The notes: a model not told the origin generated them from the letters alone. DNA of 64,000 bases from an uncultured bacterium (GCA_963822585.1 CAWGIE010000039.1:32001-96000), one strand, 5' to 3'; shown: positions 42,402 to 52,203, counted from the first letter of the stretch. Numbers and translations are program-made.

Positions 42402-43568
42402 CTACCTCACCACTGGCACGTCGTCACTGCCACCGAAATACATCCTGGTCAATCCCCGGATCGCCCAGAGTCCGTTCGTATCTCTATAAATCCCCACACT
42501 CGCCGTTCCATTGCCCGCGTAATCTGCCGGGACCGTCCAATCACCCGAGGCCCCGAAATATATCCGGGTCAAATTCCGAACCGCCCAGAGCCCGGAAGCC
42601 GGGCGGAAGAGGGCATAATCCATTGAACCATCTCCATCATAATCTCCGGGAACTGGAAGGTCATTTTCTCCCCCAAAGTAAAACCTGGTCAGTCCCCGGA
42701 TTGCCCAGAGGCCGGTGGAGCCCCGGAAGATCCCAATATCGCAGGCACTGGATGAGTTATAGGATAGAGGTATGGGTATGTCCGATGAAGAACCAAAGTA
42801 GGCACGGGTAACACCCCGAATCGCCCACAAACCAACCTCCTGCCGGAAGATCGCCGGCGCGGCGGTTCCGTCCCCGTTATAATCGCCGGGCAAAGAAATA
42901 TCTGCCGCGGCACCGTAATAAATCCGAGTATATCCCCGCACCGCCCACAGCCCACTCTCTCCGCGGAAGATCGCCGGGTCGGTTGTTCCATTTCCGTTAT
43001 AATCTCCGGAAGCGGGACTATCAGCGGTCGTGCCAAAGTAAAACCGGCTCAGATCCCGGATTGCCCAGCGGCCGGTGAGGTTATTATAGAGGGTTATCTC
43101 CGAGGTTCCGTTGCCATCGTAATCACCACTTTGACAAATAAGAGGAGCGCTGGCCGTAAGTTCATAATCGATCCGAATCCCGTTCTCACCAACATAGTCA
43201 GCAGTATAGATAATTTCGCCTATCGGGAGATAGCCACTATGCTTGACCATGATATACAGAGAATCAAGCCAGCTATTACAGCCGACTAAATAGTATCCAT
43301 AATTGGAGGTAAGCATTGAACTGCAATATACCGGAGAGGGATCGGACCAAAGAATAGATACTAACGCATTCTCTAGCCGTTCCCCGGTAATCTTATCCGT
43401 GACAAAACCTTCAACTAAAGTGCTGCCAACAGAGGTTGGTGAAGGGCTGGGTGAAAGTTCCGGACTGGGGGTTGGAGTTTGTGCATAAGCATTAAAATTA
43501 CAAACTAATGAATTGCAAAACCAGATCGTTAAAAAGAGCAGGGACAACTTAATTGAATAAGATCTCAT
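42402..43568 (-). CDS. Secreted protein: carboxypeptidase-regulatory-like domain plus C-terminal 6-repeat module
   Basis: GGGAGG RBS before ATG 43568; signal peptide; VEGFVTDKITGERLENALV; six GDYxGxG...GLWAIRG...YFG repeats ending DVPVVR. Confidence 0.8.
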   Translation of the reverse strand: MRSYSIKLSLLFLTIWFCNSLVCNFNAYAQTPTPSPELSPSPSPTSVGSTLVEGFVTDKITGERLENALVSILWSDPSPVYCSSMLTSNYGYYLVGCNSWLDSLYIMVKHSGYLPIGEIIYTADYVGENGIRIDYELTASAPLICQSGDYDGNGTSEITLYNNLTGRWAIRDLSRFYFGTTADSPASGDYNGNGTTDPAIFRGESGLWAVRGYTRIYYGAAADISLPGDYNGDGTAAPAIFRQEVGLWAIRGVTRAYFGSSSDIPIPLSYNSSSACDIGIFRGSTGLWAIRGLTRFYFGGENDLPVPGDYDGDGSMDYALFRPASGLWAVRNLTRIYFGASGDWTVPADYAGNGTASVGIYRDTNGLWAIRGLTRMYFGGSDDVPVVR

Positions 43569-43734
43569 TATTATCCTCCCTTTGAGTATTAATTTCATAA
43601 ATGCTACTCAACGTCATACAGTGCTTCTATCGCCTCATCAGAGAGGGCCCTATCAAAGAGCTTAACTTCATCAATCTTTCCATTGAAATAAACACTGCTC
43701 CCATTTGTCCAATCCCTCCCAATTAACAAATTAT

Positions 43735-45207
43735 TAGCCAGGTGACACACCATTTTAGTCACTTTGTTGAGAATAACATGGCAACGAGGCTTAAATTAAT
43801 CAGCTCTAATTTGGTTGATAGAATGATTTGTTGGTGCGCAGCCTTCCCGGGGGGCCAGTGAGCGGAGCGAACTGGCCCCCCGGGAAGGCTGCTCGGTCCG
43901 ATTTTAATGAATCTGAATTTATTCGCTGAGGCGCTCCCTGGATATATGATAGACCACTTCACCTAAACACGGCTGATTGTTAGGCTCTTTTCTTCGCAAC
44001 CGGTAGAATCTTATCCGATCAGATCGAAGATCAATTTCACACCTTACCAGGCGATGAACCCAGTGCTTATCTACGCTGAATGTACGCCCGAGGAAGTGTA
44101 CTGAACCTTTCTCACTGGTCCGACGAATGTATATTATTTGCCCTCGCGGTAAAGTTTGCAGATTCAATTCCCATTCTTCCGGGAATGGCCGCCTTGGAGG
44201 TGCATCGGCAATTTTATGAGCCATACGATCTCGATAGGCCTTAACATAAAGATCAGATCGGCCCTTGAGATCTTCAATATCCCTATGTTGAAATCGACTC
44301 CATACTTTCGATTCCCACCGCCCGTTATAGTTCTCTATACTTGCTTGAAAGCCTCTTTCTCGCGGTGGAACAAAGACTGGGGTGACCCCCAGGCCAAGAC
44401 ACAAACGCATTACTCGACCAATTGAATCCTTGTGATGATGGGCTCCTTGAAATCGCGTATCATTATCAAATTGAGCATATTGTGGCAATCCACATTCTTC
44501 CCAATGTCCCGAAATCGACTCTACAGTTGCCTTGGCGCTGACTCGCTCCATCGGCCACGATCCAGGAAGCTTCCCATGAAGCGAGATTCCATTGAGGACA
44601 TCGACGTGAGTGCCTCCCTGGATAACCAGATCTTCCACCACATCAAAACTATCAAGCTCTGCCTCCCCTTTAGCTACGTCGGGCAAATACCAACCTGGAG
44701 TCGGCGCAGGCCTCCGGACGCGCATTTTCCCGTCCAGTTTCCCACGTCGCTTCAGGATGCGACCTATGGTGCGAGGACACGGGGCATCTTTGATACCCTG
44801 ACTGATCAACGCACGATAAATAGCCTCCGAGCCATATTCGCCAAGATCGCTGTCTTTACGCAGCTCCTTTCGAAGATCCAATATCTTGTCTTCAATGGCT
44901 ACCGACGTGCGGCGGATGTTTTTCGCCACCCGTGGCGAATCATTCCAATCAACCCGATCTAATCTTTGGCCTTCAGATTTATGCAACCAATACTGAATAG
45001 TACCCAAATAAACTTTATACTTAACCGCTGCTTTGCGTTGAGATAAACCATGTCTTACATCACTGACCATAGCTTTCCGGAATTCGGCCGGATAATTTTT
45101 TTGGACATATAAACCTCCACTAGTATTTTTTGGGGACTATAATAACATAGCCAGGTGACTAAGATGCTCTGTCACTTGAGTGACTAAGATGCTCTGTCAT
45201 GTGGCCA
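43735..45207 (-). mobile_element. Insertion sequence (DDE/rve transposase, IS481-like), 28 bp imperfect TIRs, 5 bp TSD ATTAT
   Basis: TAGCCAGGTGACACACCATTTTAGTCAC versus reverse complement TGGCCACATGACAGAGCATCTTAGTCAC; ATTAT at 43730-43734 and 45208-45212. Confidence 0.85.
43919..45108 (-). CDS. Transposase (HTH plus integrase core)
   Basis: ORF 43919-45070 with GLPQYAQFDND, FVPPRE...IENYNG; RBS-linked ATG at 45108 is one base out of frame at an A7 run. Confidence 0.8.
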
Positions 45208-45852
45208 ATTATTCGTTGGGATTGTACAGGTTGTAGTCTGCGAATTAATTAAGGAGCCGTTCTTATATGCTTTCAATGTGGCCCCATCATAGCTCATTGC
45301 CACATGAGTCCATGTATTCAAAGGGATACTTGTTGAAATAACTCTTGTCCCCTCGCTGCAACCCAAAAGATATTTAAATACCGTGTCTCCCTGCCAAAAC
45401 CTCATCACATAACCTTCCTGTAAATGGCCATCAAAGTATTTTGAATTCCCTATAACAGCATCTCCCATTCCCGTATAAGGTGAATGATATATCCAGGCAA
45501 CCACTGTAAAGGTATTAGTTTTCAAACTATCATCTTCACCACAATCAACATAATCATTACTACCGTCAAATAGGCCTGATCTTCCTATTTTCCCATCTTC
45601 TGCCGTGGTAGCTCCGTTTTTTGCCGTTCCATGATTTTCATTCCCAGAACTATCCATTACCTCGCCAGCGGTTCCATCCCAATATTGTTCATCCATATGC
45701 CATATAGCGATCGTTTTTTTTTCTGAAGGACAACACACCGGGAAATCAATGTATGATCCAAAATAACATCTGGGTATATCCTTCACCGCCCAGAGCTGTA
45801 TGTCTTCAGAACTTTCTGGACAGCTTAAGCCATTTTACTTTGGATAGTTTTA

Positions 45853-46863
45853 TCAGGTATAAACGCCTGCCGTTTGAACAAAGTTTACACTCTCCCTCAA
45901 GTTATAGGAATACCTTTTTCTCAGAGTCTCCCGCTTGATCTTCTCCCTTCTGGTCAGGATCTCCCTGGCTTTACCGAAGTACATATCCGCCGGCGTTACA
46001 TTATTGAGAGACTCATGATACCGGTGGTTGTTATAGTAATCTACGAAGTCAGCTATCGCCTGCTCCAGTTCCCCCGGCAGGTAGTAATGATTGAGCTTGA
46101 CCACATTTTTCATTGAACGGTGGTATCTCTCTATCTTGCCCTGAGTCATCGGATGGTAAGGAGCACCGCGGGTATGCTCCATGCCCAGGCCGTCCAGGTA
46201 ATATCTGAGTTCAGCAGAGAGATTACAGGGGCCGTTATCCGATAACAACCTCGGCCGATGCCTTACTTTCACACCATCAACTCCGGTCCTGGCGATAGCG
46301 TCATCCAGGACCTTCTTTACATCATCCGTCGCCATAGCCTTCGTCAGCTTCCAGCTGATGATATAGCGGGAATAATCATCCAGGACGCTGGTCAGGTAAT
46401 ACCAACCCCACCCGATCACTTTAAAATAGGTAAAGTCTGTCTGCCAGAGCTCGTTTATCCTTTTGGTCGGGTTCTTGAACTTGTCGGAAGCAGAGAGGAC
46501 GATATAGGCTGGACTGGTGATCAGGTCGAAAGCCTTGAGAATACGATACACGCTGGATTCGGAGATAAAGTACCCCTCAGTATCAGTAATATGACAGGCC
46601 AGTTCTCTCGGCGATTTTTCCGGATTTTGAAGGGCCAGGTCGACGATATTCGCCTTTTCATGTTCCGGAATACGATTCCAGAACCTTCTGGGGGTCGGAG
46701 GAACATCCGCCAGGGCTTCATAACCGCCCCTCCAGTACCGATCATACCAGCTGTAGTAAGTACTCCGGGGAATATCGAGTTCCCGTAACGTACGGGTCAC
46801 TGAGAGTTCGGAGCCTTCTACGGTGCGAATGACCTCCATCTTTTCTGTCTGGCTATATCTCAT
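45853..46863 (-). CDS. IS3-family transposase OrfB (integrase core)
   Basis: WQTDFTY, LDDYSRY, LSDNG, HPMTQGKIERYH, YNNHRYHESL..TP. Confidence 0.9.
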   Translation of the reverse strand: MRYSQTEKMEVIRTVEGSELSVTRTLRELDIPRSTYYSWYDRYWRGGYEALADVPPTPRRFWNRIPEHEKANIVDLALQNPEKSPRELACHITDTEGYFISESSVYRILKAFDLITSPAYIVLSASDKFKNPTKRINELWQTDFTYFKVIGWGWYYLTSVLDDYSRYIISWKLTKAMATDDVKKVLDDAIARTGVDGVKVRHRPRLLSDNGPCNLSAELRYYLDGLGMEHTRGAPYHPMTQGKIERYHRSMKNVVKLNHYYLPGELEQAIADFVDYYNNHRYHESLNNVTPADMYFGKAREILTRREKIKRETLRKRYSYNLRESVNFVQTAGVYT

Positions 46864-47225
46864 CTGCCGCTCCAGCGAGATTCCAAACCATTCGCACTTT
46901 TTTTTAGTACCCGGTTCTTCAGAGACAGTTCGGCCACCAGCTGCTTCAGCTGCTCGTTCTCCTTACGGAGATCTCCCACTTCGCTGCTGGTGGCCTGTCT
47001 TTTCGTGTCACCCTGAAGCCGTTTCTTCCCGGCTTCCAGAAAGTCCTTGCTCCACTTGTAATAAATATTCTGTGAAATGCCTTCTCTACGGCATAATGCG
47101 GCGATGCTTTCCTCGCCCCTGAGTCCCTCCAGGACTATCCTGATTTTTTCTTCTGCAGAATATTTCCGTCGAGTCTTCCTTCTGATTTCCCTGACAATCG
47201 CTTCAGCCTTGGATTTCTCCTCCAT
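46860..47225 (-). CDS. IS3-family transposase OrfA (HTH)
   Basis: RRKYSAEEKIRIVLEGLRGEESIAALCRREGI; leucine zipper ending VLKKS. Confidence 0.9.
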   Translation of the reverse strand: MEEKSKAEAIVREIRRKTRRKYSAEEKIRIVLEGLRGEESIAALCRREGISQNIYYKWSKDFLEAGKKRLQGDTKRQATSSEVGDLRKENEQLKQLVAELSLKNRVLKKSANGLESRWSGR

Positions 47226-47516
47226 CTGTCACCTCCTTTCGGAGGCGATTATATCTGAAACCATCTCTTAACTTTTAGGCCGATTTTGTCCAAGAGGATC
47301 TGACGTCATACAAACCCGATTTATAAATCGGGGTAATTTTGAACACCGCCCAGGCGGAAGTTTATAGTAACGGAATAAAGTTCGGACAGGCATGTCATCT
47401 TCATTCCCGATATCTCCCCAGCCCCTCTATCTTCTGACTCCTTGACTTCGGCGTCGTCTTCTGCTACTGTATGACCTCTCGCAATAGAGGCGATCAAGCA
47501 GAGAGGGTAACGTACA

Positions 47517-48866
47517 ATGGCTCTGACCGGACTGGACATCTACAAACTGCTGCCGAAGACCAACTGCGGGGACTGCGGGTCCCCCACCTGCCTGGCCTTC
47601 GCGATGAAGCTGGCCTCCAAGCAGGGTTCCCTCGAGAGTTGCCCTTACGTCAGCGAAGAGGCGAAAGCCGCCCTGGGGAGCGCCTCCCAGCCTCCCATCC
47701 GGCTGGTGAAGATCGGCGCCGGAGAGGCCGAAATCGAACTGGGAAACGAGACGGTCCTCTTCCGCCACGAGGAGACCTTTTACCACCAGACGGCCCTGGC
47801 GATCAGGGTCCGGGAAAAAGATCCGGAGATCGAATCCCGGCTGGACGCGATCGGGGAACTGCGCTTCGTCCGGGTGGGGGAGGAGATTTGCGTCGACCTC
47901 CTGGCCCTGGAGGAAGAATCGGGGAAACCGGAGGAGTACGCCGCTTTTGTGGAGCATTGCCGCGCCCGTACCCGCCTGGGAATGATCCTGGTCAGCGGTT
48001 CCCCCGCCTGCCTGAAAGCGGCCCTGGAGAAGGAGAAAGAACAGAAACCGCTTATCTCGGCGGCGACGGCGGAGAACCTGGATGAGTACGCCGAACTGGC
48101 CCGCACTTATTCCTGTCCCCTGGTGGTCAGGGGAAAGGGGCCGGAGGAGACCGCGAAACTGGCCACCCGGGCGCGGGAGAAGGGCGTGGAAGACCTGGTT
48201 CTGGACAGTTCCCCCGCCGGACTCCGGGAAGCGCTGGCAGACCAGGTGAGCATCCGGAGACAGGCCCTCAAGAAACAGTTCCGACCGCTCGGTTACCCGA
48301 CCATCGCCTTCACCGATCCCGGGGCCGACCCCTTTACCCAAGCCATGGAGGCGGCCGCCCTGATCGCCAAGTACGCCGCGATCTTGGTCACCGACCTCAC
48401 CCGGCCCGAGTACATCCTCCCCCTCCTCACCGCCCGGCAGAATATTTACACCGATCCCCAGAAACCGATCCAGGTGGAACCGAAGATATACCGGGTGGGG
48501 ACCCCCGATCGTTCATCACCGCTGATCGTGACCACCAACTTCTCCCTCACCTACTTCACCGTCGAGGGCGAGGTGGAGGCCAGCCGCGTCCCCGCCTACC
48601 TCCTGATCGTCGACACCGAGGGGACGTCGGTCCTGACCGCCTGGGCGGCGGACAAGTTCAATGCCGAGACCATCGCGAAAGCGCTGGAGAATTCCGGGAT
48701 CGAAAATGAACTCGATCATAAAACCCTCGTCCTTCCCGGCTACGTGGCGGTCCTCTCCGGGAAGCTGGAAGACGAATCGGGCTGGAAAGTTTTGGTCGGC
48801 CCCAAGGAAGCCTCGGGGATACCCAAGTTCTTAAAGACCACGTATAAAGAACTACTAAAATCTTGA
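47517..48866 (+). CDS. acsC: Corrinoid Fe-S protein large subunit
   Basis: IYKLLPKTNCGDCGSPTCLAFAM...CP, GNETVLFRHE, IYTDPQKP, TTNFSLTYF, SVLTAWAA. Confidence 0.96.
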   Translation: MALTGLDIYKLLPKTNCGDCGSPTCLAFAMKLASKQGSLESCPYVSEEAKAALGSASQPPIRLVKIGAGEAEIELGNETVLFRHEETFYHQTALAIRVREKDPEIESRLDAIGELRFVRVGEEICVDLLALEEESGKPEEYAAFVEHCRARTRLGMILVSGSPACLKAALEKEKEQKPLISAATAENLDEYAELARTYSCPLVVRGKGPEETAKLATRAREKGVEDLVLDSSPAGLREALADQVSIRRQALKKQFRPLGYPTIAFTDPGADPFTQAMEAAALIAKYAAILVTDLTRPEYILPLLTARQNIYTDPQKPIQVEPKIYRVGTPDRSSPLIVTTNFSLTYFTVEGEVEASRVPAYLLIVDTEGTSVLTAWAADKFNAETIAKALENSGIENELDHKTLVLPGYVAVLSGKLEDESGWKVLVGPKEASGIPKFLKTTYKELLKS

Positions 48867-48886
48867 GACAGACAAACATAAAACCC

Positions 48887-48981
48887 ATGGGGCATGATGG
48901 AGTGATGGAGTGTTGGAGTGATGGAAGAACGGCCGCCCCGCCGCCCAACACTCAATTACTCCATCACTCCAGCACTCCATT
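48887..48981. repeat. Inverted octamer array (TGGAGTGA)n...(ACTCCA..)n forming a long hairpin
   Basis: TGATGGAGTGATGGAGTGTTGGAGTGATGG ... ACTCCATCACTCCAGCACTCCA. Confidence 0.75.
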
Positions 48982-48993
48982 CTGATACGCCCA

Positions 48994-50892
48994 ATGACAC
49001 TGCATACCATCACATTTCTACCCTCGGGGATAAAGGCCAAGGTTCCCGCCGGCACCACCATTCTGGCGGCGGCCGAGCAGGCCGACGTCAACCTCAACCC
49101 GGTCTGCGGGGGAGAAGGCACCTGCGGCAAATGCCGGGTGCTCGTCGTCACCGGCAAAGTTACGGCGCCGGCGACCACACTTCTGACCGCGGAAGAGGCC
49201 CGGGGCGGAAATGTTCTCTCTTGCCAAGCCATTATTCATTCCGATCTCACCGTGGAGGTGTCGGAGGGGACCGCCGCTCTGCAATCCCCGGAGGGGAGAG
49301 AAGAAACTTCCGGCCGGTTTCGTGATGCGGGAGATTTCAACCTGGCGGGCACGGACTTTCCCTTTCAGCCCCTGGTCAGGAATATCCCTCTCTCACTCTC
49401 ACCCCCGACACTGGAGGATCATCTGGACGACCTGGCGCGCCTTTTCCGGGGGATCCGGCAGGCAACCGGGATAACGCTCCCTGCTGTTCCTCTGCCGATC
49501 CTGAAAGAACTCCCCGTGCTTCTCCGGGATGCCGGATGGAAGGTGACGGCCACCCTGGCCGACTGGGGGGACACGGCGGAGTTGATCCGCCTCCACCGGG
49601 GGGCTACCCGGGAGCACAATTGCGGCATTGCCGTCGATATCGGGACCACCACCGTGGTGGCTCACCTGGTCGACCTCGACACCGGCCGCACGCTCGATGC
49701 CGCCGCCGCCTATAACTCCCAGATCAAATTCGGGGAAGACGTCATCAAGCGGATTATCCGTTCGGAGGAAGACGGGATCGAGCCCCTGACCGAGGCCGTC
49801 CGCAATGACATCAACAGCCTGATCGAACGGCTCTGCACGCAGACCGGCCGCGATCCCGAGAGCGTCTATGCCTTTATCTGCGCGGGCAATTCCACCATGA
49901 TCTCCCTCTTTCTGGGGATCACGCCCCGCAACATCCGAAGGGAGCCGTATATTCCACCATTGGCTGATCCGCCTTTCCTGCGAGCCGGCGAGTGCGGTAT
50001 CCGGATCAGGAAGAACGCCCCCTTATACTGCGTTCCCGGTATTGCCGGGTGGGTGGGTGGCGACATTACCGCCGGGATTCTGGCTTCCGGGCTCGATCAA
50101 TCGGAGAAACTCTCTCTTCTGATCGATATCGGAACCAATGGCGAGATCGTTGTCGGCAACAGCGAGTGGCGGTTAGCCTGTTCCTGCTCGGCGGGACCGG
50201 CTTTCGAAGGGAGCGGGATGTCATCCGGCTGCCGGGCGGTTCAGGGCGCGATCGATAAAATCGATCTCAAGGATAAAGAGGACGTCGAATACCGGACCAT
50301 AGCCGGCCAGCCACCAGTCGGGATCTGCGGATCAGGGCTGCTCGACCTGATATCCGAGCTCTTCCGGGTCGGGCTGCTGGGACGTGATGGCCGGTTCGAT
50401 CCCGCCGCATGGTCAAGCCGGATACGCCGGGATGACGGGGAGATCCGGTTCATCGTCGTCCCCCCGGAAAGGACAGCAACCGGGAAGGAGATATCGATCA
50501 GTCAGGCCGACATCGATAACCTGATCCGGGCCAAGGCGGCCGTGTACGCCGGCATCCTGGTGCTCCTGAAGGCGGTCGATCTCGATACGGACGACATCGA
50601 GCGCGTCTACGTCAGCGGCGGGTTCGGCAATTATCTCAATATCGACCGCGCTATCTGCATCGGTCTTTTGCCCGATATTTCCCGGGAGAAGATAACCTTC
50701 ATCGGGAACGGCTCGGTGCGCGGATGTAAGATGATCCTTCTCTCCAGGGAAGCGCGTGAGCGGGCCCCCCGAATCGCCGACGCGACAACTTATTTCGAAC
50801 TCAGTACCGATAACGCCTTCATGGATGAATATACCCGGGCGATGTTTTTGCCCCATACAGACGTGGAGGATTTCCCAAGCTGCAACAAATAA
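48994..50892 (+). CDS. acsV: Corrinoid reductive activator (RACo/AcsV; 2Fe-2S plus ASKHA ATPase)
   Basis: CGGEGTCGKC, AVDIGTTTV, VGGDITAG, IDIGTNGEIV, SAGPAFEG, GICGSG, GGFGNYL. Confidence 0.9.
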   Translation: MTLHTITFLPSGIKAKVPAGTTILAAAEQADVNLNPVCGGEGTCGKCRVLVVTGKVTAPATTLLTAEEARGGNVLSCQAIIHSDLTVEVSEGTAALQSPEGREETSGRFRDAGDFNLAGTDFPFQPLVRNIPLSLSPPTLEDHLDDLARLFRGIRQATGITLPAVPLPILKELPVLLRDAGWKVTATLADWGDTAELIRLHRGATREHNCGIAVDIGTTTVVAHLVDLDTGRTLDAAAAYNSQIKFGEDVIKRIIRSEEDGIEPLTEAVRNDINSLIERLCTQTGRDPESVYAFICAGNSTMISLFLGITPRNIRREPYIPPLADPPFLRAGECGIRIRKNAPLYCVPGIAGWVGGDITAGILASGLDQSEKLSLLIDIGTNGEIVVGNSEWRLACSCSAGPAFEGSGMSSGCRAVQGAIDKIDLKDKEDVEYRTIAGQPPVGICGSGLLDLISELFRVGLLGRDGRFDPAAWSSRIRRDDGEIRFIVVPPERTATGKEISISQADIDNLIRAKAAVYAGILVLLKAVDLDTDDIERVYVSGGFGNYLNIDRAICIGLLPDISREKITFIGNGSVRGCKMILLSREARERAPRIADATTYFELSTDNAFMDEYTRAMFLPHTDVEDFPSCNK

Positions 50893-50932
50893 TGGAAAAT
50901 ACGTGGTATCGCATACAACACAGGGAAAGATA

Positions 50933-51023
50933 AATGGAGTGATGGAGTGCTGGAATGATGGAATGATGGGACCCAGGATAGCCGGCGAGCCAATATTCCA
51001 TTACTCCAACACTCCAATACTCC
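50933..51023. repeat. Inverted octamer array (same family)
   Basis: ATGGAGTGATGGAGTGCTGGAATGATGG ... TTCCATTACTCCAACACTCCAATACTCC. Confidence 0.75.
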
Positions 51024-51097
51024 TTTTAAAAATATTTCAGGGATATTTCCCTCCCATCAAGTTCTTATAAATTAACTCATACAGGAGACCCAGTCTC

Positions 51098-52066
51098 ATG
51101 GAATCAGTAACTGAACGCTGGGCGGGGGCCATCAACACGGTGACCATTGGTGCGACGGCGGAAAACGGGGGAACCCGGGGATCGACCGTCACGGTCGGCG
51201 GCGAGACGACCCTCCCCTTTCTGCACTTTGAAGGATCCATCCCCCACCGCCCGACGCTGGCTCTCGACGTCCTCGATTACGCTCCCGACGACTGGCCGGA
51301 AACTCTGCGGGATCCCTACGGGGACGTACTGGGAGAACCGGCCGCCTGGGCCGCCCTCTGCGAAAAGGAATACGGCCCCGACCTGATCTGTCTTCGCCTG
51401 CGCAGTCTTCATCCGGACTGGGGTGACACATCCCCCGAACGGGCCGCGGAGACGGTCAAAGCGGTCCTGGAGGCGACCACCCTCCCCCTGATCATCTGGG
51501 GCTGCGACTCCCCGGAGAAAGACAACCAGGCACTGCCCCTCTGCGCCCTGGCCGCCGCTGGTGAGAACTGTTTGATCGGCTTCGCCACCGAGGATAATTA
51601 CAAGACCCTGGCCGCCGCCTGTTTGGCCGACAAGCACAAGATCGTCGCCCAGAGCCCGATCGACATCAACATCGCCAAACAGGTCAACATCCTCATCTCC
51701 GAAATGGGTTTCAACCCGGCCGACATCGTCATCGATCCCAACACAGGAGCTCTCGGCTACGGGATCGAGTATACCTATTCGATCATGGAGAGGATCCGGC
51801 TGGCCGCCCTGACCGGCGACAAGATGATGGCGATGCCCATCTTCTGCGACATCGGCGCCGACGCCTGGCGGGCCAAGGAAGCGAAGGCGCTGGAGGAGAA
51901 CTTCCCCGATTGGGGGAACGAGAAACTCCGAGGCCCCCTCTGGGAGGCGGTGACCGCCGCCATCCTTCTTCAGGCCGGAGGGGACATCATCAACCTCAGA
52001 CATCCTCAGGCACTGGCGAAAGTCAAAGAACAGATAAATGCGCTTATGGGCGACGCGAGCTCATAA
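51098..52066 (+). CDS. acsD: Corrinoid Fe-S protein small subunit
   Basis: VGGETTLPFLHFEG, SPIDINIAKQ, DPNTGALGYGIEYTYS.MERIRLAAL.GD, WRAKEA. Confidence 0.95.
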   Translation: MESVTERWAGAINTVTIGATAENGGTRGSTVTVGGETTLPFLHFEGSIPHRPTLALDVLDYAPDDWPETLRDPYGDVLGEPAAWAALCEKEYGPDLICLRLRSLHPDWGDTSPERAAETVKAVLEATTLPLIIWGCDSPEKDNQALPLCALAAAGENCLIGFATEDNYKTLAAACLADKHKIVAQSPIDINIAKQVNILISEMGFNPADIVIDPNTGALGYGIEYTYSIMERIRLAALTGDKMMAMPIFCDIGADAWRAKEAKALEENFPDWGNEKLRGPLWEAVTAAILLQAGGDIINLRHPQALAKVKEQINALMGDASS

Positions 52067-52108
52067 AGCAATCGTATTTGCTAAATAACATTTTTATGCT
52101 TCGTTATA

Positions 52109-52203
52109 GGGGAGTGATGGAGTACTGGAATTATGGAGTAATGGAACCGGGCTCGAGCTCAAACTCCCCAATACTCCCTCACTCCAACACTCCATTACTC
52201 CAT
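52109..52203. repeat. Inverted octamer array (same family)
   Basis: GGAGTGATGGAGTACTGGAATTATGGAGTAATGG ... ACTCCAACACTCCATTACTCCAT. Confidence 0.75.

Larger units (their letters stand above)
43604..45796 (-). pseudogene. LamG/concanavalin-like domain gene, split by an IS and 5'-truncated by a second IS
   Basis: 45208-45796 gives W.MDE...DSSGNENHG...FDGSNDY..FTVVAWI...WTHVA..YDG..AYKNG; 43604-43734 continues in frame NNLLIG...FNGKIDEVKLFDRALSDEAIEALY-stop. Confidence 0.85.
45797..47312 (-). mobile_element. IS3-family insertion sequence
   Basis: 26 bp imperfect TIRs TGTATGTCTTCAGA...TGGACA / TGTATGACGTCAGA...TGGACA; orfA-orfB arrangement; A8G slippery site at 46897-46905; no matching TSD. Confidence 0.88.
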
